Shown here: positions 9,080 through 18,628 of the stretch, piece by piece
Position numbering within the stretch: the first letter of the stretch is position 1
Layout: each line of letters begins with the position of its first letter
Source of the DNA: Candidatus Yanofskybacteria bacterium CG10_big_fil_rev_8_21_14_0_10_36_16
Lineage (GTDB): Bacteria > Patescibacteriota > Minisyncoccia > 2-02-FULL-40-12 > IGHO2-01-FULL-4-A
Assembly (NCBI GenBank): GCA_002794035.1
Contig: PCXQ01000003.1
Location: forward strand, 19,451 to 83,450
Length of the DNA stretch: 64,000 nt
Reading direction: 5' to 3'
Translations under genes and position numbers: made by a program
The notes under the pieces: model-generated
The model's database searches: none
What the model saw: the letters and a program-made list of their open reading frames with translations, nothing else
Told to the model about the DNA's origin: nothing

Positions 9080-10627
9080 TTGGGAAAGCCTTTGAGGATG
9101 GTTTTTTTGGCTTTCAATCTCAATAATTTAAAATTGAATACAAAGTTCAGTAAAAAGAACAAAATAAACATCTGGCAACCAGGTAATACTTTTAAATTTG
9201 TCACTCAACGACTTAACGAAAATCTCGATAAAGATTTGCAATTTAGTCATGTACCAAGATTTATCTTAACCGTCATGGCGGGGATTCCGATAATATTCTT
9301 TGGTCGTATAATAGGTAATATTGCAAAATCAATAATAAGAAAGAAAAGAGAAAAAGTGGATCCTTTAGGGGAGTTAATTCGTTGGTTAGAAAGAGATATT
9401 AAGAGAAAATATTGGATTGCTTGTACCGATTGTGCCGATGAATTTATTGACCATGCTCTAGTTACTTCAGGATTATTCTTGAACGCATTAATTAGACACA
9501 AAGGCAATGTTAACCTTTTGGGGGAGCAATGGTTTAATAAGTTCAATATGTTTATTAAGAGGATCGACGATAGGATACATGACTTCTTGATTCTTGAAAG
9601 ACTAGAGATAGAGGAGCTAATATTAAATCCTTCTCGAAGGACAGTTCCTTCAATTGTTCTTTCTCAAGCGACCGATGAATTCGTGCAGAGAGCCGGTAGG
9701 GCGTACCTTAGGACTGTTAAAACAGTTTTGAGGCATGCTCTATCGGCTTTTCTTTTTGTTGCAGGAGGAATTGTTTACGCAATAGAGGAAACTGTTTTAA
9801 TGGTAGTTGATGCTGGAGAATTTGTCCTATCTATTTTAGGTGAAGGTTTTGTGTATTCTACTTCTTTTGTATACAAAGGAATAGTAAAAATACTTGATTT
9901 TATTAACGATCTCGGACATAAGTCTGCTCAAAAGACTGATATTATAGCAACAAATATTGTTTATCACGCCAGAGAATTTGCAAAGTTTGAGATGGAGGTG
10001 TTTAAAGATGCAAGTTTTGCTGTGGCTAAATTTGTTCAAGACTCAATACCGCCCGGTTTTTCCAATCAGACCCGAGATTCTTATAAAATACTGGCTAAAT
10101 ACGATTCTTTGAGTGCCGGATACGACTCTTATATATTAAATGAAATCAAAGCTAATGTTTTTAAATTTAAACAATCTTGGCAGAAAAAAAATAAAGAACT
10201 TTATATAACCAAGGTTTTGTGGCTTACGCGTCCGTCTCCTGTTACCGTAAAACCCTTATATCCTCCTATTAATAATAAAGAAATTGAAAATAAAAATATT
10301 ACTGAACAAATCCCAGAGGATATAAACTGGCTGAGTTCATGTGAATTTATTAAAGATAATAAAAATTATATTGCTATTTCTGTTTTAGCAAATGAATTTG
10401 AGTATGAAACCGACTATTTGGGCTATTTAGCAAGGAAAGATAAGGTAGAAGGCTTTAAAATTAACAAGAAGTGGTACGCTAATAGGGATTCAGTTTCTAA
10501 TTATAAGGAGATTATTCAAAAGAAAAAAACTGCGGATGCATTAGCGAGAGTAGAGACAGCAAGGAATGATGTTAGATTTAAGAAATATGTTTGGATTGAT
10601 AATCTTTTTGCTTCATTAACTAATTAA
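9080..10627 (+). CDS. Large hypothetical protein with hydrophobic segments and a C-terminal MerR/Xis-like HTH
   Basis: 515-aa ORF; C-terminal YIAISVLANEFEYETDYLGYLARKDKVEGFKINKKWY resembles a winged HTH. Start codon uncertain. Confidence 0.6.
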   Translation: MGKPLRMVFLAFNLNNLKLNTKFSKKNKINIWQPGNTFKFVTQRLNENLDKDLQFSHVPRFILTVMAGIPIIFFGRIIGNIAKSIIRKKREKVDPLGELIRWLERDIKRKYWIACTDCADEFIDHALVTSGLFLNALIRHKGNVNLLGEQWFNKFNMFIKRIDDRIHDFLILERLEIEELILNPSRRTVPSIVLSQATDEFVQRAGRAYLRTVKTVLRHALSAFLFVAGGIVYAIEETVLMVVDAGEFVLSILGEGFVYSTSFVYKGIVKILDFINDLGHKSAQKTDIIATNIVYHAREFAKFEMEVFKDASFAVAKFVQDSIPPGFSNQTRDSYKILAKYDSLSAGYDSYILNEIKANVFKFKQSWQKKNKELYITKVLWLTRPSPVTVKPLYPPINNKEIENKNITEQIPEDINWLSSCEFIKDNKNYIAISVLANEFEYETDYLGYLARKDKVEGFKINKKWYANRDSVSNYKEIIQKKKTADALARVETARNDVRFKKYVWIDNLFASLTN

Positions 10628-10644
10628 TACAAAGTTAAATTAAT

Positions 10645-10673
10645 AAAAAACCCGCTTTTTTTGCGGGGTTTTT
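10645..10673. terminator. Bidirectional terminator
   Basis: aaaaaacccgc-ttttttt-gcggggttttt between converging genes. Confidence 0.7.
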
Positions 10674-11238
10674 ATTTGGGTAAACCTTCAAATCTTTGAA
10701 GGGCTTGTTTTACAATTAGTTTTAATTTTTCTTTTTCAGCAGGAGTGAATTTGGAAAGCACGAATTCCCCAACTGAATCTATTTTGCCTCGCCCTGGTTT
10801 TCTTTCTTGGCGAGCCTTTTTGAGTTTTGTATTGGCTAGTCCAATCCTTAGGCGCCAAAACTTATTTGTTTTCAAAGCTTGAATTATTGATTCAACACCT
10901 TTGTGTCCGCCGGAATTGCGAGAGAACGACATTTTGAATTTACCAAAATCTATATCTAAATCATCCTGTACTACTATAATATCTTCAGGTTTAATCTTGT
11001 TTTTTAATTTTAGTTTTTTAACTGCATCTCCTGATTTATTAACAAAGGTATGGGGCTTTGCCAAAAGAGAAGGTTTGTTTGCTATTTTGCATCTGGTTAT
11101 TTCAGAGTTAAAGCTTTTATCAAACTCAAATTCACATTTTTCTGATTTAGCAATTTTATCTAAAACCAAAAAACCGACATTGTGACGAGTGTCTTCGTAT
11201 TTTTCACCTGGGTTTCCAATGCCAACTATTAATCGCAT
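10672..11238 (-). CDS. pth: Peptidyl-tRNA hydrolase
   Basis: MRLIVGIGNPG..TRHNVGF..KPHTFVNKSG..QDDLD..GGHKG..RLRIG. True start is ATG 11238. Confidence 0.93.
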   Translation of the reverse strand: MRLIVGIGNPGEKYEDTRHNVGFLVLDKIAKSEKCEFEFDKSFNSEITRCKIANKPSLLAKPHTFVNKSGDAVKKLKLKNKIKPEDIIVVQDDLDIDFGKFKMSFSRNSGGHKGVESIIQALKTNKFWRLRIGLANTKLKKARQERKPGRGKIDSVGEFVLSKFTPAEKEKLKLIVKQALQRFEGLPK

Positions 11239-11317
11239 ATTTATATGAAATTTTAGCTCATAGAATATACAAATTCTATCTTGCGTAGCTTGATTATTTA
11301 TGATATTATCAATCTTA

Positions 11318-11938
11318 ATGGAGGAAGAAAATAAAGAGTTAAAAGAATTGGATGAATATCCAGAGCAAATAAAATCCCGCCGAAAGGAGGCGGTTGCTTT
11401 TATTTGGGAAACAATTAAAATAGCCATAATATCGCTTGCCATAATAATCCCTGTCCGATATTATCTAATACAACCTTTTATTGTCAGGGGGGCTTCAATG
11501 GAGGAGACTTTCCACGAAGGCGACTACATTTTGATAGATGAAATAAGTTATAGATTTAATGAACCCAAGAGAGGAGAAGTTGTTGTATTCAGATTGGCTG
11601 GAGGCAATTCTAAATTTTTTATAAAAAGAATAATAGGACTACCCGGAGAAACTGTTGAAATATCAGGAGGCAAGATTACAATTTTTAATGAAGAAAATCC
11701 CAGCGGATTTGTTATAGATGAACAGGATTATTTAGAAGCAGGCGAGCATACAGTGGGCAATGTTAGAACTGAGCTTGAGTATGACGAGTATTTTGTTCTT
11801 GGCGACAACAGGGCTCAAAGTTCTGATTCAAGAAGTTGGGGGCCTGTTCACGAAGATCTAATTACGGGTAGAGTTGTTTTTAGAGCATACCCATTTGATG
11901 TATTGGGCAGAGTAAAGCCGATAGAGTATCAATTTTAA
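11318..11938 (+). CDS. lepB: Signal peptidase I
   Basis: TM segment, GASM (Ser), IKRIIGLPG (Lys) and GDNRAQSSDSR motifs. Confidence 0.93.
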   Translation: MEEENKELKELDEYPEQIKSRRKEAVAFIWETIKIAIISLAIIIPVRYYLIQPFIVRGASMEETFHEGDYILIDEISYRFNEPKRGEVVVFRLAGGNSKFFIKRIIGLPGETVEISGGKITIFNEENPSGFVIDEQDYLEAGEHTVGNVRTELEYDEYFVLGDNRAQSSDSRSWGPVHEDLITGRVVFRAYPFDVLGRVKPIEYQF

Positions 11939-11971
11939 AAACATTCGTTATTATTAATTTTAGTTAAGAAT

Positions 11972-12034
11972 TCCCGACGCTTTGCATCGAGGATCCTCAA
12001 TAATTTAGAAGAGGATCTCGAAAGATTGTCGAGA
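11972..12034. repeat. Three tandem REP-like hairpins upstream of hisS
   Basis: tcccgacgctttgcatcgagga / tcctc..gagga / tctcga..tcgaga. The first shares 13 nt with the reverse complement of the hairpin at 32638-32657. Confidence 0.7.
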
Positions 12035-12044
12035 TTTCGAAGAG

Positions 12045-13496
12045 ATGCCAAAGATAAAACCAAAAAAAATACAGGCTCCTAAAGGGATGAAGGACATACT
12101 GCCAGAAGAGCGGTATTTTTGGAATCATGTATTTAAGAAATCGACACCTGTAATAGAAGATTATGGTTTTAGGGAGATAGTTCTCCCAGTTGTTGAAAAG
12201 ACTGATCTTTTTATAAGATCAGTTGGTAAAAACACAGATATTGTGGAAAAAGAAATGTATAGCTTTAAAACAAGGGGTGGCGATATGCTAAGTTTGAGAC
12301 CAGAATTTACTGCTGGCACCTTGAGGGCTTACATAGAAAATGGAATGCATGTTAAGCCACACCCAGTTCGTTTATGGTCAAGCGGGCCATTGTTCAGACA
12401 TGATAATCCTCAATATGGAAGACAGAGGCAGTTCCACCAGTTAAATGTTGAATCAATTGGAGATGAAGATGCTGTAGTAGATGCAGAAATGATATTTATG
12501 GCATATAGAGTTTTGCAGGCCATAGGTCTTAAGGGTATGATAGTAAAGATTAATAGTATAGGTGATGACAGTTGTCGTCCTCAGTATATTAAAACCCTTA
12601 AAGATTTTTACAGGAATAAAACCAAGAAAATATGCGTTAAGTGTAGAAATCGTCTAAAGTCAAACCCCCTTAGGGTTCTTGATTGCATGGAAGATACCTG
12701 CAAAGAAGTGGCAAAAGAAGCCCCCACGATTGTTGATTCTCTTGATAGCACCTGCAAGAAGCACTTTACCAGTGTGCTGGAATTTTTAGATGAAACTGGG
12801 GTGCCTTATTTATTAGACCCGCATTTAGTAAGAGGTCTTGATTACTACACGAGAACTGTTTTTGAGTTTGTTCCAGAGGGAGCGGGAGAAGCAGAGGAAG
12901 TAGGGGAAGTAGTAATCAAAGATGATTCGTCTGAGATAAAAGATGATTTAAAAACTGAAGAAAATATAGATGAAAATGAAAATAAAGACGGCCAAGAAGA
13001 TAATAACAACAACGATGATAATAAAAATAAGAAGAATAACAAGCCATCTGTTCCTAATTTGGCTGTAATATCTGGAGGACGTTATGATAAGCTGATAGAA
13101 TATCTTGGAGGACCAAAGACTCCAGCAATTGGCTGGGCAATGGGAATTGAGAGAGTGGTTTTGCTTATGAAAGCAATGGGCGTTAATGTTAGCAAACCAA
13201 GATCAAATGCCAAAGTTTTCCTAGCACAATTAAGCGAGGCAGGTAGAAGAAAAGGGCTTATATTATTTGATGAATTGAGGAAATCATCAATTGCTGTAAA
13301 AAGTTCATTTGGCAGAGATAGTATAAAGTCTCAGCTTAGGATTGCTGCTAAAATGGAAATTCCGTATACTTTAATAGTAGGACAAAAAGAAGCACTTGAG
13401 GGAACAGTAATATTAAGAGAAATGAATACCGGTATTCAGGAAACAATACCTACGGAAAAGATAATAAGAGTGCTTAAGAAAAAGATAAAAAAATAA
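12045..13496 (+). CDS. hisS: Histidine--tRNA ligase with a low-complexity insertion
   Basis: PKGMKD, LRPEFTAG, RQRQFHQ, LVRGLDYYT, GGRYD and GIER motifs. Confidence 0.95.
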   Translation: MPKIKPKKIQAPKGMKDILPEERYFWNHVFKKSTPVIEDYGFREIVLPVVEKTDLFIRSVGKNTDIVEKEMYSFKTRGGDMLSLRPEFTAGTLRAYIENGMHVKPHPVRLWSSGPLFRHDNPQYGRQRQFHQLNVESIGDEDAVVDAEMIFMAYRVLQAIGLKGMIVKINSIGDDSCRPQYIKTLKDFYRNKTKKICVKCRNRLKSNPLRVLDCMEDTCKEVAKEAPTIVDSLDSTCKKHFTSVLEFLDETGVPYLLDPHLVRGLDYYTRTVFEFVPEGAGEAEEVGEVVIKDDSSEIKDDLKTEENIDENENKDGQEDNNNNDDNKNKKNNKPSVPNLAVISGGRYDKLIEYLGGPKTPAIGWAMGIERVVLLMKAMGVNVSKPRSNAKVFLAQLSEAGRRKGLILFDELRKSSIAVKSSFGRDSIKSQLRIAAKMEIPYTLIVGQKEALEGTVILREMNTGIQETIPTEKIIRVLKKKIKK

Positions 13497-13500
13497 TTTT

Positions 13501-13851
13501 ATGAGCGATATTTTTTGTAAAATTATATCCGGAGAAGTTAATGCCGAGAAGATTGATGAAGGTGAGAATTGGATAGCAATTCACGATATTCATCCGGTAG
13601 CACCAGTTCATGCTTTGATTATTCCAAAAAAACACGGACCCCTTAGAGATTATGAGAATGAGGAAGATGGCAAGCTTATGGGCAGGCTTATATTAGCTGC
13701 GAACAGAGTTGCAACTAAACTCGGTCTTGACAAGGACGGATATCGTTTGATAATTAATTATGGAGAGGACAGTCAAGCTCATGTGCTTGATCATCTGCAT
13801 ATTCATTTGCTGGGGGGTAAAAAACTCGGCAGTAAAATTATTCAAAATTAG
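13501..13851 (+). CDS. HIT-family nucleotide hydrolase
   Basis: DIFCKII, P-APVHALIIPKKH, HLHIHLLGG. Confidence 0.92.
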   Translation: MSDIFCKIISGEVNAEKIDEGENWIAIHDIHPVAPVHALIIPKKHGPLRDYENEEDGKLMGRLILAANRVATKLGLDKDGYRLIINYGEDSQAHVLDHLHIHLLGGKKLGSKIIQN

Positions 13852-13908
13852 TAATTTAAACTAAAAATTAATAATCAAATATCAAATTAATTTTTATCAT
13901 TTATTTTT

Positions 13909-14172
13909 ATGGATGTTAAACGAAGACAAAATGAAAGTACGGGAGCAATGCTCCGAAGGTTTAGTCGGTTAACAAAGCAAACCGATTATTTAAAGAACGC
14001 TAAAGAAAAACAATATAGCAAAAGAAATGAGAATGAGCGTAAGGAAAAAAACAGAGCTATTATGAGGGAGCATTTAAGAGGTCTTCGCGAAAGACTTAAA
14101 AAATTTGGTGAGTATAGCGAGGATAAGTTCAGAGAAGAAAAGAAAAAACTAAAACAGCATCTGGATATATAA
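13909..14172 (+). CDS. rpsU: Ribosomal protein bS21-like
   Basis: VKRRQNES--AMLRRF N-terminus, very basic, and located in the HIT-rpsU-yqeY synteny. Confidence 0.7.
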   Translation: MDVKRRQNESTGAMLRRFSRLTKQTDYLKNAKEKQYSKRNENERKEKNRAIMREHLRGLRERLKKFGEYSEDKFREEKKKLKQHLDI

Positions 14173-14181
14173 TATTTGGGT

Positions 14182-14673
14182 ATGGCATTAAAAGAACAAA
14201 TAAAAAAAGAATTAAATGAATCATTGAAAACTGGTGACCAGGCAAAGCGCCTGGTTTTAAGCACTTTAATGAGTGCTGTTAAAAACAAGGAAGTTGAGAA
14301 AAGAACCAAAATAAGCAAGGAAGTTAGCGACACTACTGAACTTGAAAAACAAAGCCAGCTTACAGATGAGGAAATGATTCAAACAATTGCCAGTGAAATT
14401 AAAAAGCGAAAAGAGTCAGTTGAACTATTCAAGCAGGGAAACAGAGAGGAATTGGCTCAAAAAGAACAGGCTGAAATGGAAATTTTACAGGCATATATGC
14501 CCGAACAGCTAAGTGAAGACAAAGTTCGCGAAGAAGTTAAAAGCGCGATTGATTCAGTTGGTGCTTCGGGTCCGCAGGATATGGGCAAGGTCATAGGTCA
14601 AGTAATGGGTAAGTTTAAGGGACAGGTAGATGGAGGTTTGGTTAGTAAGATAGCAAAAGAATTACTTAGTTAG
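14182..14673 (+). CDS. yqeY: GatB/YqeY domain protein
   Basis: LKEQI..KKRKESVELFKQGNREELAQKE..YMPEQLS..DMGKVIG. Confidence 0.9.
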   Translation: MALKEQIKKELNESLKTGDQAKRLVLSTLMSAVKNKEVEKRTKISKEVSDTTELEKQSQLTDEEMIQTIASEIKKRKESVELFKQGNREELAQKEQAEMEILQAYMPEQLSEDKVREEVKSAIDSVGASGPQDMGKVIGQVMGKFKGQVDGGLVSKIAKELLS

Positions 14674-14839
14674 AAAGGTTTAATAAAAATTGTGATGTAA
14701 ATACCCCAGTTTTGGGTGTATTTTTTTAGATAAGTTTATTTGTAAACAATACGTAATTTATGATAATTTAAATTTTACCCATGCTTTTAATTGTGAATGG
14801 CATAAAAACTATTTTACAATCTTTAAGCAAATAAAAAAT

Positions 14840-15391
14840 TTGATAGATTTAGTCTTAAATACTCAGACGGATGATAAAAAATATGATAGGAAATTTTTTT
14901 ATGGCTTGTTAGAGACTGCTGTTCATGAGGTAATTCCTTTTGTAGATAAAATCAGTGTCTCTATAAATTTAGTAGGTACAAGCAGAATAAAGGATTTAAA
15001 TAAAAAATATCGTGGCAAAAACAAGATTACAGATGTTCTGTCATTCCCAATACATTCCGCTAAAGATTTTAGAAATTCGGACTCATTTAACGGGATAAGA
15101 AAAGAGGTGGATATTGGTAAAGAAAAACATGCTATAATGGATTTGGGTGATATTTTTATATGTCTGCCTGTCATTAAAAAAGAAGCGAAGCGGGAACATC
15201 TTTCAAAAGGTGGTTTTTTAAACAACCCAGCCAAAGACGAGAAAGCGGTTGAAGAAATATTAAGGCATAAATTAGCACAAATGACGGTGCACGGTTTTTT
15301 GCATTTGTTGGGATATGACCATCATTCACCCGAGGAAGAGAATGAAATGTTTGGGTTGCAGGATAAAATAATAAACAATATAGTTCTCTAG
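14840..15391 (+). CDS. ybeY: rRNA maturation endoribonuclease
   Basis: LNKKYRGKNKITDVLSFP, LGDIFI, HGFLHLLGYDH. Confidence 0.93.
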   Translation: MIDLVLNTQTDDKKYDRKFFYGLLETAVHEVIPFVDKISVSINLVGTSRIKDLNKKYRGKNKITDVLSFPIHSAKDFRNSDSFNGIRKEVDIGKEKHAIMDLGDIFICLPVIKKEAKREHLSKGGFLNNPAKDEKAVEEILRHKLAQMTVHGFLHLLGYDHHSPEEENEMFGLQDKIINNIVL

Positions 15392-15449
15392 TTTTTGGCT
15401 ATTTGAATCTCGGAGCTATTTACTAAGAACTATAATTTGTAAATCATTT

Positions 15450-16679
15450 TTGCGTCGTAATATTGTTTGTGGAATTGATGTCGGTAACTCTGCCGTAAAG
15501 ACAATCATAGCGGAACTAAACCGTGATAATTTGCGTCCTCATATATTAGGCGTTGGAAGTGTTGAGTCTACCGGCTTGAGAAGGGGAACTGTTGTGGACA
15601 TGGAGGAAGAGGTCAAGAATATCGGAGCTTCTCTTGAGCGTGCTCAATCAATGGCCGGAGTTAAGGTTAGCCAGGCCTATGTATCTTTGAACGGTCTTCA
15701 TATTAGAACTCAGGAATCACGAGGTGTCGTTGCTGTTGCTAGAGCTGATTCTGAGATTATGCAAAGCGATGTTGATAGAGTTGTTGATGCCGCGTCAGTT
15801 ATAAGTTTGCCCCAAAACAGAGAGGTTATACATGTTATACCTAGAAATTTTATAATAGACGGCCAAGAGCATGTTAAAAACCCTGTTGGTATGAAGGGTG
15901 TTCGCCTTGAAGCCGATGTGATGATAATAGATGGCCTGTCCACATATATAAGAAATTTGGCTAAATGCATAAACGCAAATGATATTGAGGTTTTAGAATT
16001 TGTGTATTCTCCTCTTGCTTTAGCTAGGTCAGCTTTAAACAAACATCAGAGAGAGCATGGCGTATTAAGCTTAGATTTGGGAGGTGGCTTTTCAACAATG
16101 TCTATATTTCATGAGGGAGAGATTGTGTACACAGGTGTTATTCCTATAGGTTCAAGGCATATTACCAATGATCTTGCTATCGCGCTAAGATCCCCAATGG
16201 ATATTGCTGAAGAGATTAAAAAGGACAGCGGTTTTATATCTGATAGTGTTATTCCAAAGAAAGATACAATTGATCTTTCAGACATAATGCAAGAAGAGGG
16301 CTTCATTGTTCCCAAGAAGCATATTGCTGAAGTTATAAATGCGCGTACGGCAGAAATTTTTGAAAAAGTAGATAAAGAACTAAAAAATTCAGGACACAAT
16401 TTATTGCCTGCAGGATTGGTTTTGTCTGGCGGGGGCGCTAATCTTCATGGTCTTTCAGATTATGCCAAACACAAAATGAAGTTGGCTGTTCGGGTGGGCG
16501 GGGACTATTTCTTGGAAGGTATAAGTGATAAGGTGACAGACCCTTCTTTTGCAGTAGCAGTAGGGCTTATCGTATGGGGCATGGAAAAAGAAGCCAGAGG
16601 GGGGAGTTATAAAGGGAAGTTTTCAATAGGCGGTCCATTGAAAAAGTTTGGAGATTGGTTAAAAAACTTCGCCCCGTAG
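15450..16679 (+). CDS. ftsA: Cell division protein FtsA
   Basis: GIDVGNS, PVGMKGVRLE, DLGGG, ITNDLA, LSGGGA. Confidence 0.95.
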   Translation: MRRNIVCGIDVGNSAVKTIIAELNRDNLRPHILGVGSVESTGLRRGTVVDMEEEVKNIGASLERAQSMAGVKVSQAYVSLNGLHIRTQESRGVVAVARADSEIMQSDVDRVVDAASVISLPQNREVIHVIPRNFIIDGQEHVKNPVGMKGVRLEADVMIIDGLSTYIRNLAKCINANDIEVLEFVYSPLALARSALNKHQREHGVLSLDLGGGFSTMSIFHEGEIVYTGVIPIGSRHITNDLAIALRSPMDIAEEIKKDSGFISDSVIPKKDTIDLSDIMQEEGFIVPKKHIAEVINARTAEIFEKVDKELKNSGHNLLPAGLVLSGGGANLHGLSDYAKHKMKLAVRVGGDYFLEGISDKVTDPSFAVAVGLIVWGMEKEARGGSYKGKFSIGGPLKKFGDWLKNFAP

Positions 16680-17026
16680 TAGAAATTCCTAGTACCATTA
16701 GAAGGTTTTATTGAAAATTATAATTACGATTGGAATTAGATAAACTCAATTATTATTAATGTTGAGTTGTTATTCTATGGCCAGAAAATCTATCAGAATT
16801 TTCACTGCAGGGTTCGCACCCTAGTTGGTCGGGCATATTTTTCAGTACCTTTAGCTAAGTTAGGCGTGTATTGGTGCTGTATCAACAAGTTGTCCACAGG
16901 TAATGCACCAAACTGTTTGCAAGGTGCATTTTTTCGTGATAAACCATAGAAAACCAAAAGCTTAAAATGCAAAGCGTAAAACAATAATATTTATTTTTCG
17001 CTTTCCTACTTTAGCTTCTCGCTTTT

Positions 17027-18250
17027 GTGGCTCAAGTAAAACCGCCATTTGAAACCTTTGCAAGGATTAAAATATTCGGCATAGGTGGAGGTGGAAACAA
17101 AGCAATACAAAGAATGATGGACTCCAAGATTCATGGAGTCGATTTTGTTGCAGTTAATTTGGATGCTCAGGATTTGAATGTCGCTAATACGCCAACCAAA
17201 ATTTTGATCGGAAAGAACTTAACAAGAGGTCTTGGTGCAGGCATGAACCCTGCAGTAGGAAGAGAGGCTGCTGAGCAAAGCCGTGATGAGTTGCATGAAG
17301 TTATAAAAGGATCCGATATGATTTTTGTTGCATGTGGTTTGGGAGGCGGTACAGGAACGGGAGCTTCTCCTATTGTTGCTGAAATTGCACGGGATGCAGG
17401 AGCGTTGACTGTAGGAATTGTGACTAAGCCTTTTTCATTTGAAGGTGCTGCCAGGGCAAGAATAGCTGAAGAAGGCTGGAAACAGCTTCGTGACAAGGTA
17501 GACGCTTTGATTACTATTTCCAATGATCGCTTGTTTTCAATAATAGACAGAAAAACACCATTGCTAGAGGCATTTACAAAGGTTGATGACGTGTTAAGGC
17601 AGGGTGTTCAGGGAATATCAGATTTAATTACCATTCCCGGATTGATAAATGTTGACTTTGCTGATGTTAGAACGATTATGTCTGCATCGGGATCTGCTTT
17701 GATGGGTATTGGAAGAGCAACAGGTGAAGACAGGGCAATCGAAGCTGCTAAAATGGCTATTAATTCTCCATTGCTTGAAATCTCAATTGAGGGTGCCAGA
17801 GGATTGTTGTTTAATGTTGCGGGAGGACCCGATTTGGCCATGGCAGAAATAAATGAAGCAGCTAAAATTATAACTGAAAGTACTGATCCAGATGCTAGAA
17901 TAATATTTGGTGCGGTTCAGGACGATAGTCTTAAAAAGGGTGAAATTAAAATTACTGTTATTGCAACAGGTTTTAATAATGGAGAGCCAAAGATTGCCAG
18001 GCCCATTCAAAGACCTATGCAGCCTTATATGCCAATAGAGCCTTCAGGAAATGGCGTGCCTGTGGCTGTCAATAGGTCATACAATGAAGAACCTCCAAAA
18101 CAACAACCACAAACACTGTCTTCATCCGATGGTTTTTCAAGCAATGATCAAAGAGAGCCCAAGAAAGAAATAATAGATGAATCTCTAGAAAAAGATGACG
18201 ATGAGTTTGATATCCCAGCATTTATACGTAAAAAAATGGGAAGCAGGTAA
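17027..18250 (+). CDS. ftsZ: Cell division protein FtsZ
   Basis: GIGGGGN, GGGTGTG tubulin signature, INVDFAD and C-terminal DIPAFIR. Confidence 0.97.
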   Translation: MAQVKPPFETFARIKIFGIGGGGNKAIQRMMDSKIHGVDFVAVNLDAQDLNVANTPTKILIGKNLTRGLGAGMNPAVGREAAEQSRDELHEVIKGSDMIFVACGLGGGTGTGASPIVAEIARDAGALTVGIVTKPFSFEGAARARIAEEGWKQLRDKVDALITISNDRLFSIIDRKTPLLEAFTKVDDVLRQGVQGISDLITIPGLINVDFADVRTIMSASGSALMGIGRATGEDRAIEAAKMAINSPLLEISIEGARGLLFNVAGGPDLAMAEINEAAKIITESTDPDARIIFGAVQDDSLKKGEIKITVIATGFNNGEPKIARPIQRPMQPYMPIEPSGNGVPVAVNRSYNEEPPKQQPQTLSSSDGFSSNDQREPKKEIIDESLEKDDDEFDIPAFIRKKMGSR

Positions 18251-18295
18251 TAAAATGAAGGCAAAAACCGTCATTTTAGTATTATGTATTGTCTA

Positions 18296-18320
18296 AAAAA
18301 CCGGGTTAAGCCCGGTTTTT
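18296..18320 (+). terminator. ftsZ terminator
   Basis: aaaaaccggg-ttaag-cccggttttt. Confidence 0.75.
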
Positions 18321-18628
18321 AAGGAAAATAAAATAAGTATCTAATAATGTACGACATGGCCATTGTGGGGAGGTAGTTTTGTGGATAAGTCATTAGAGGT
18401 ATTGTTTTTGGTGGCTTTGATTAAGGATGGATATGAATTAGAATTAAGGCAATGAAACTTATCAGTGAAACTGACTAAATCTGATAAGGTGTGCACTCGC
18501 TTTTTGGCGAGTGCTTTGTTCCCAATAGAAATAAAAATATAAACTGATTAAAAATTAAATATCAAAATTTATAAATATTGCTTTATTATTTTTTAATTTT
18601 TAATATTTAATTTTTAATTTAAAAACAT

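Noticed and set aside
11239-11442. N-terminal extension of Pth in the ORF track, and the many other antisense ORFs over core genes
   Set aside because: It overlaps lepB and its promoter; the others are shadow ORFs without motifs or initiation signals.
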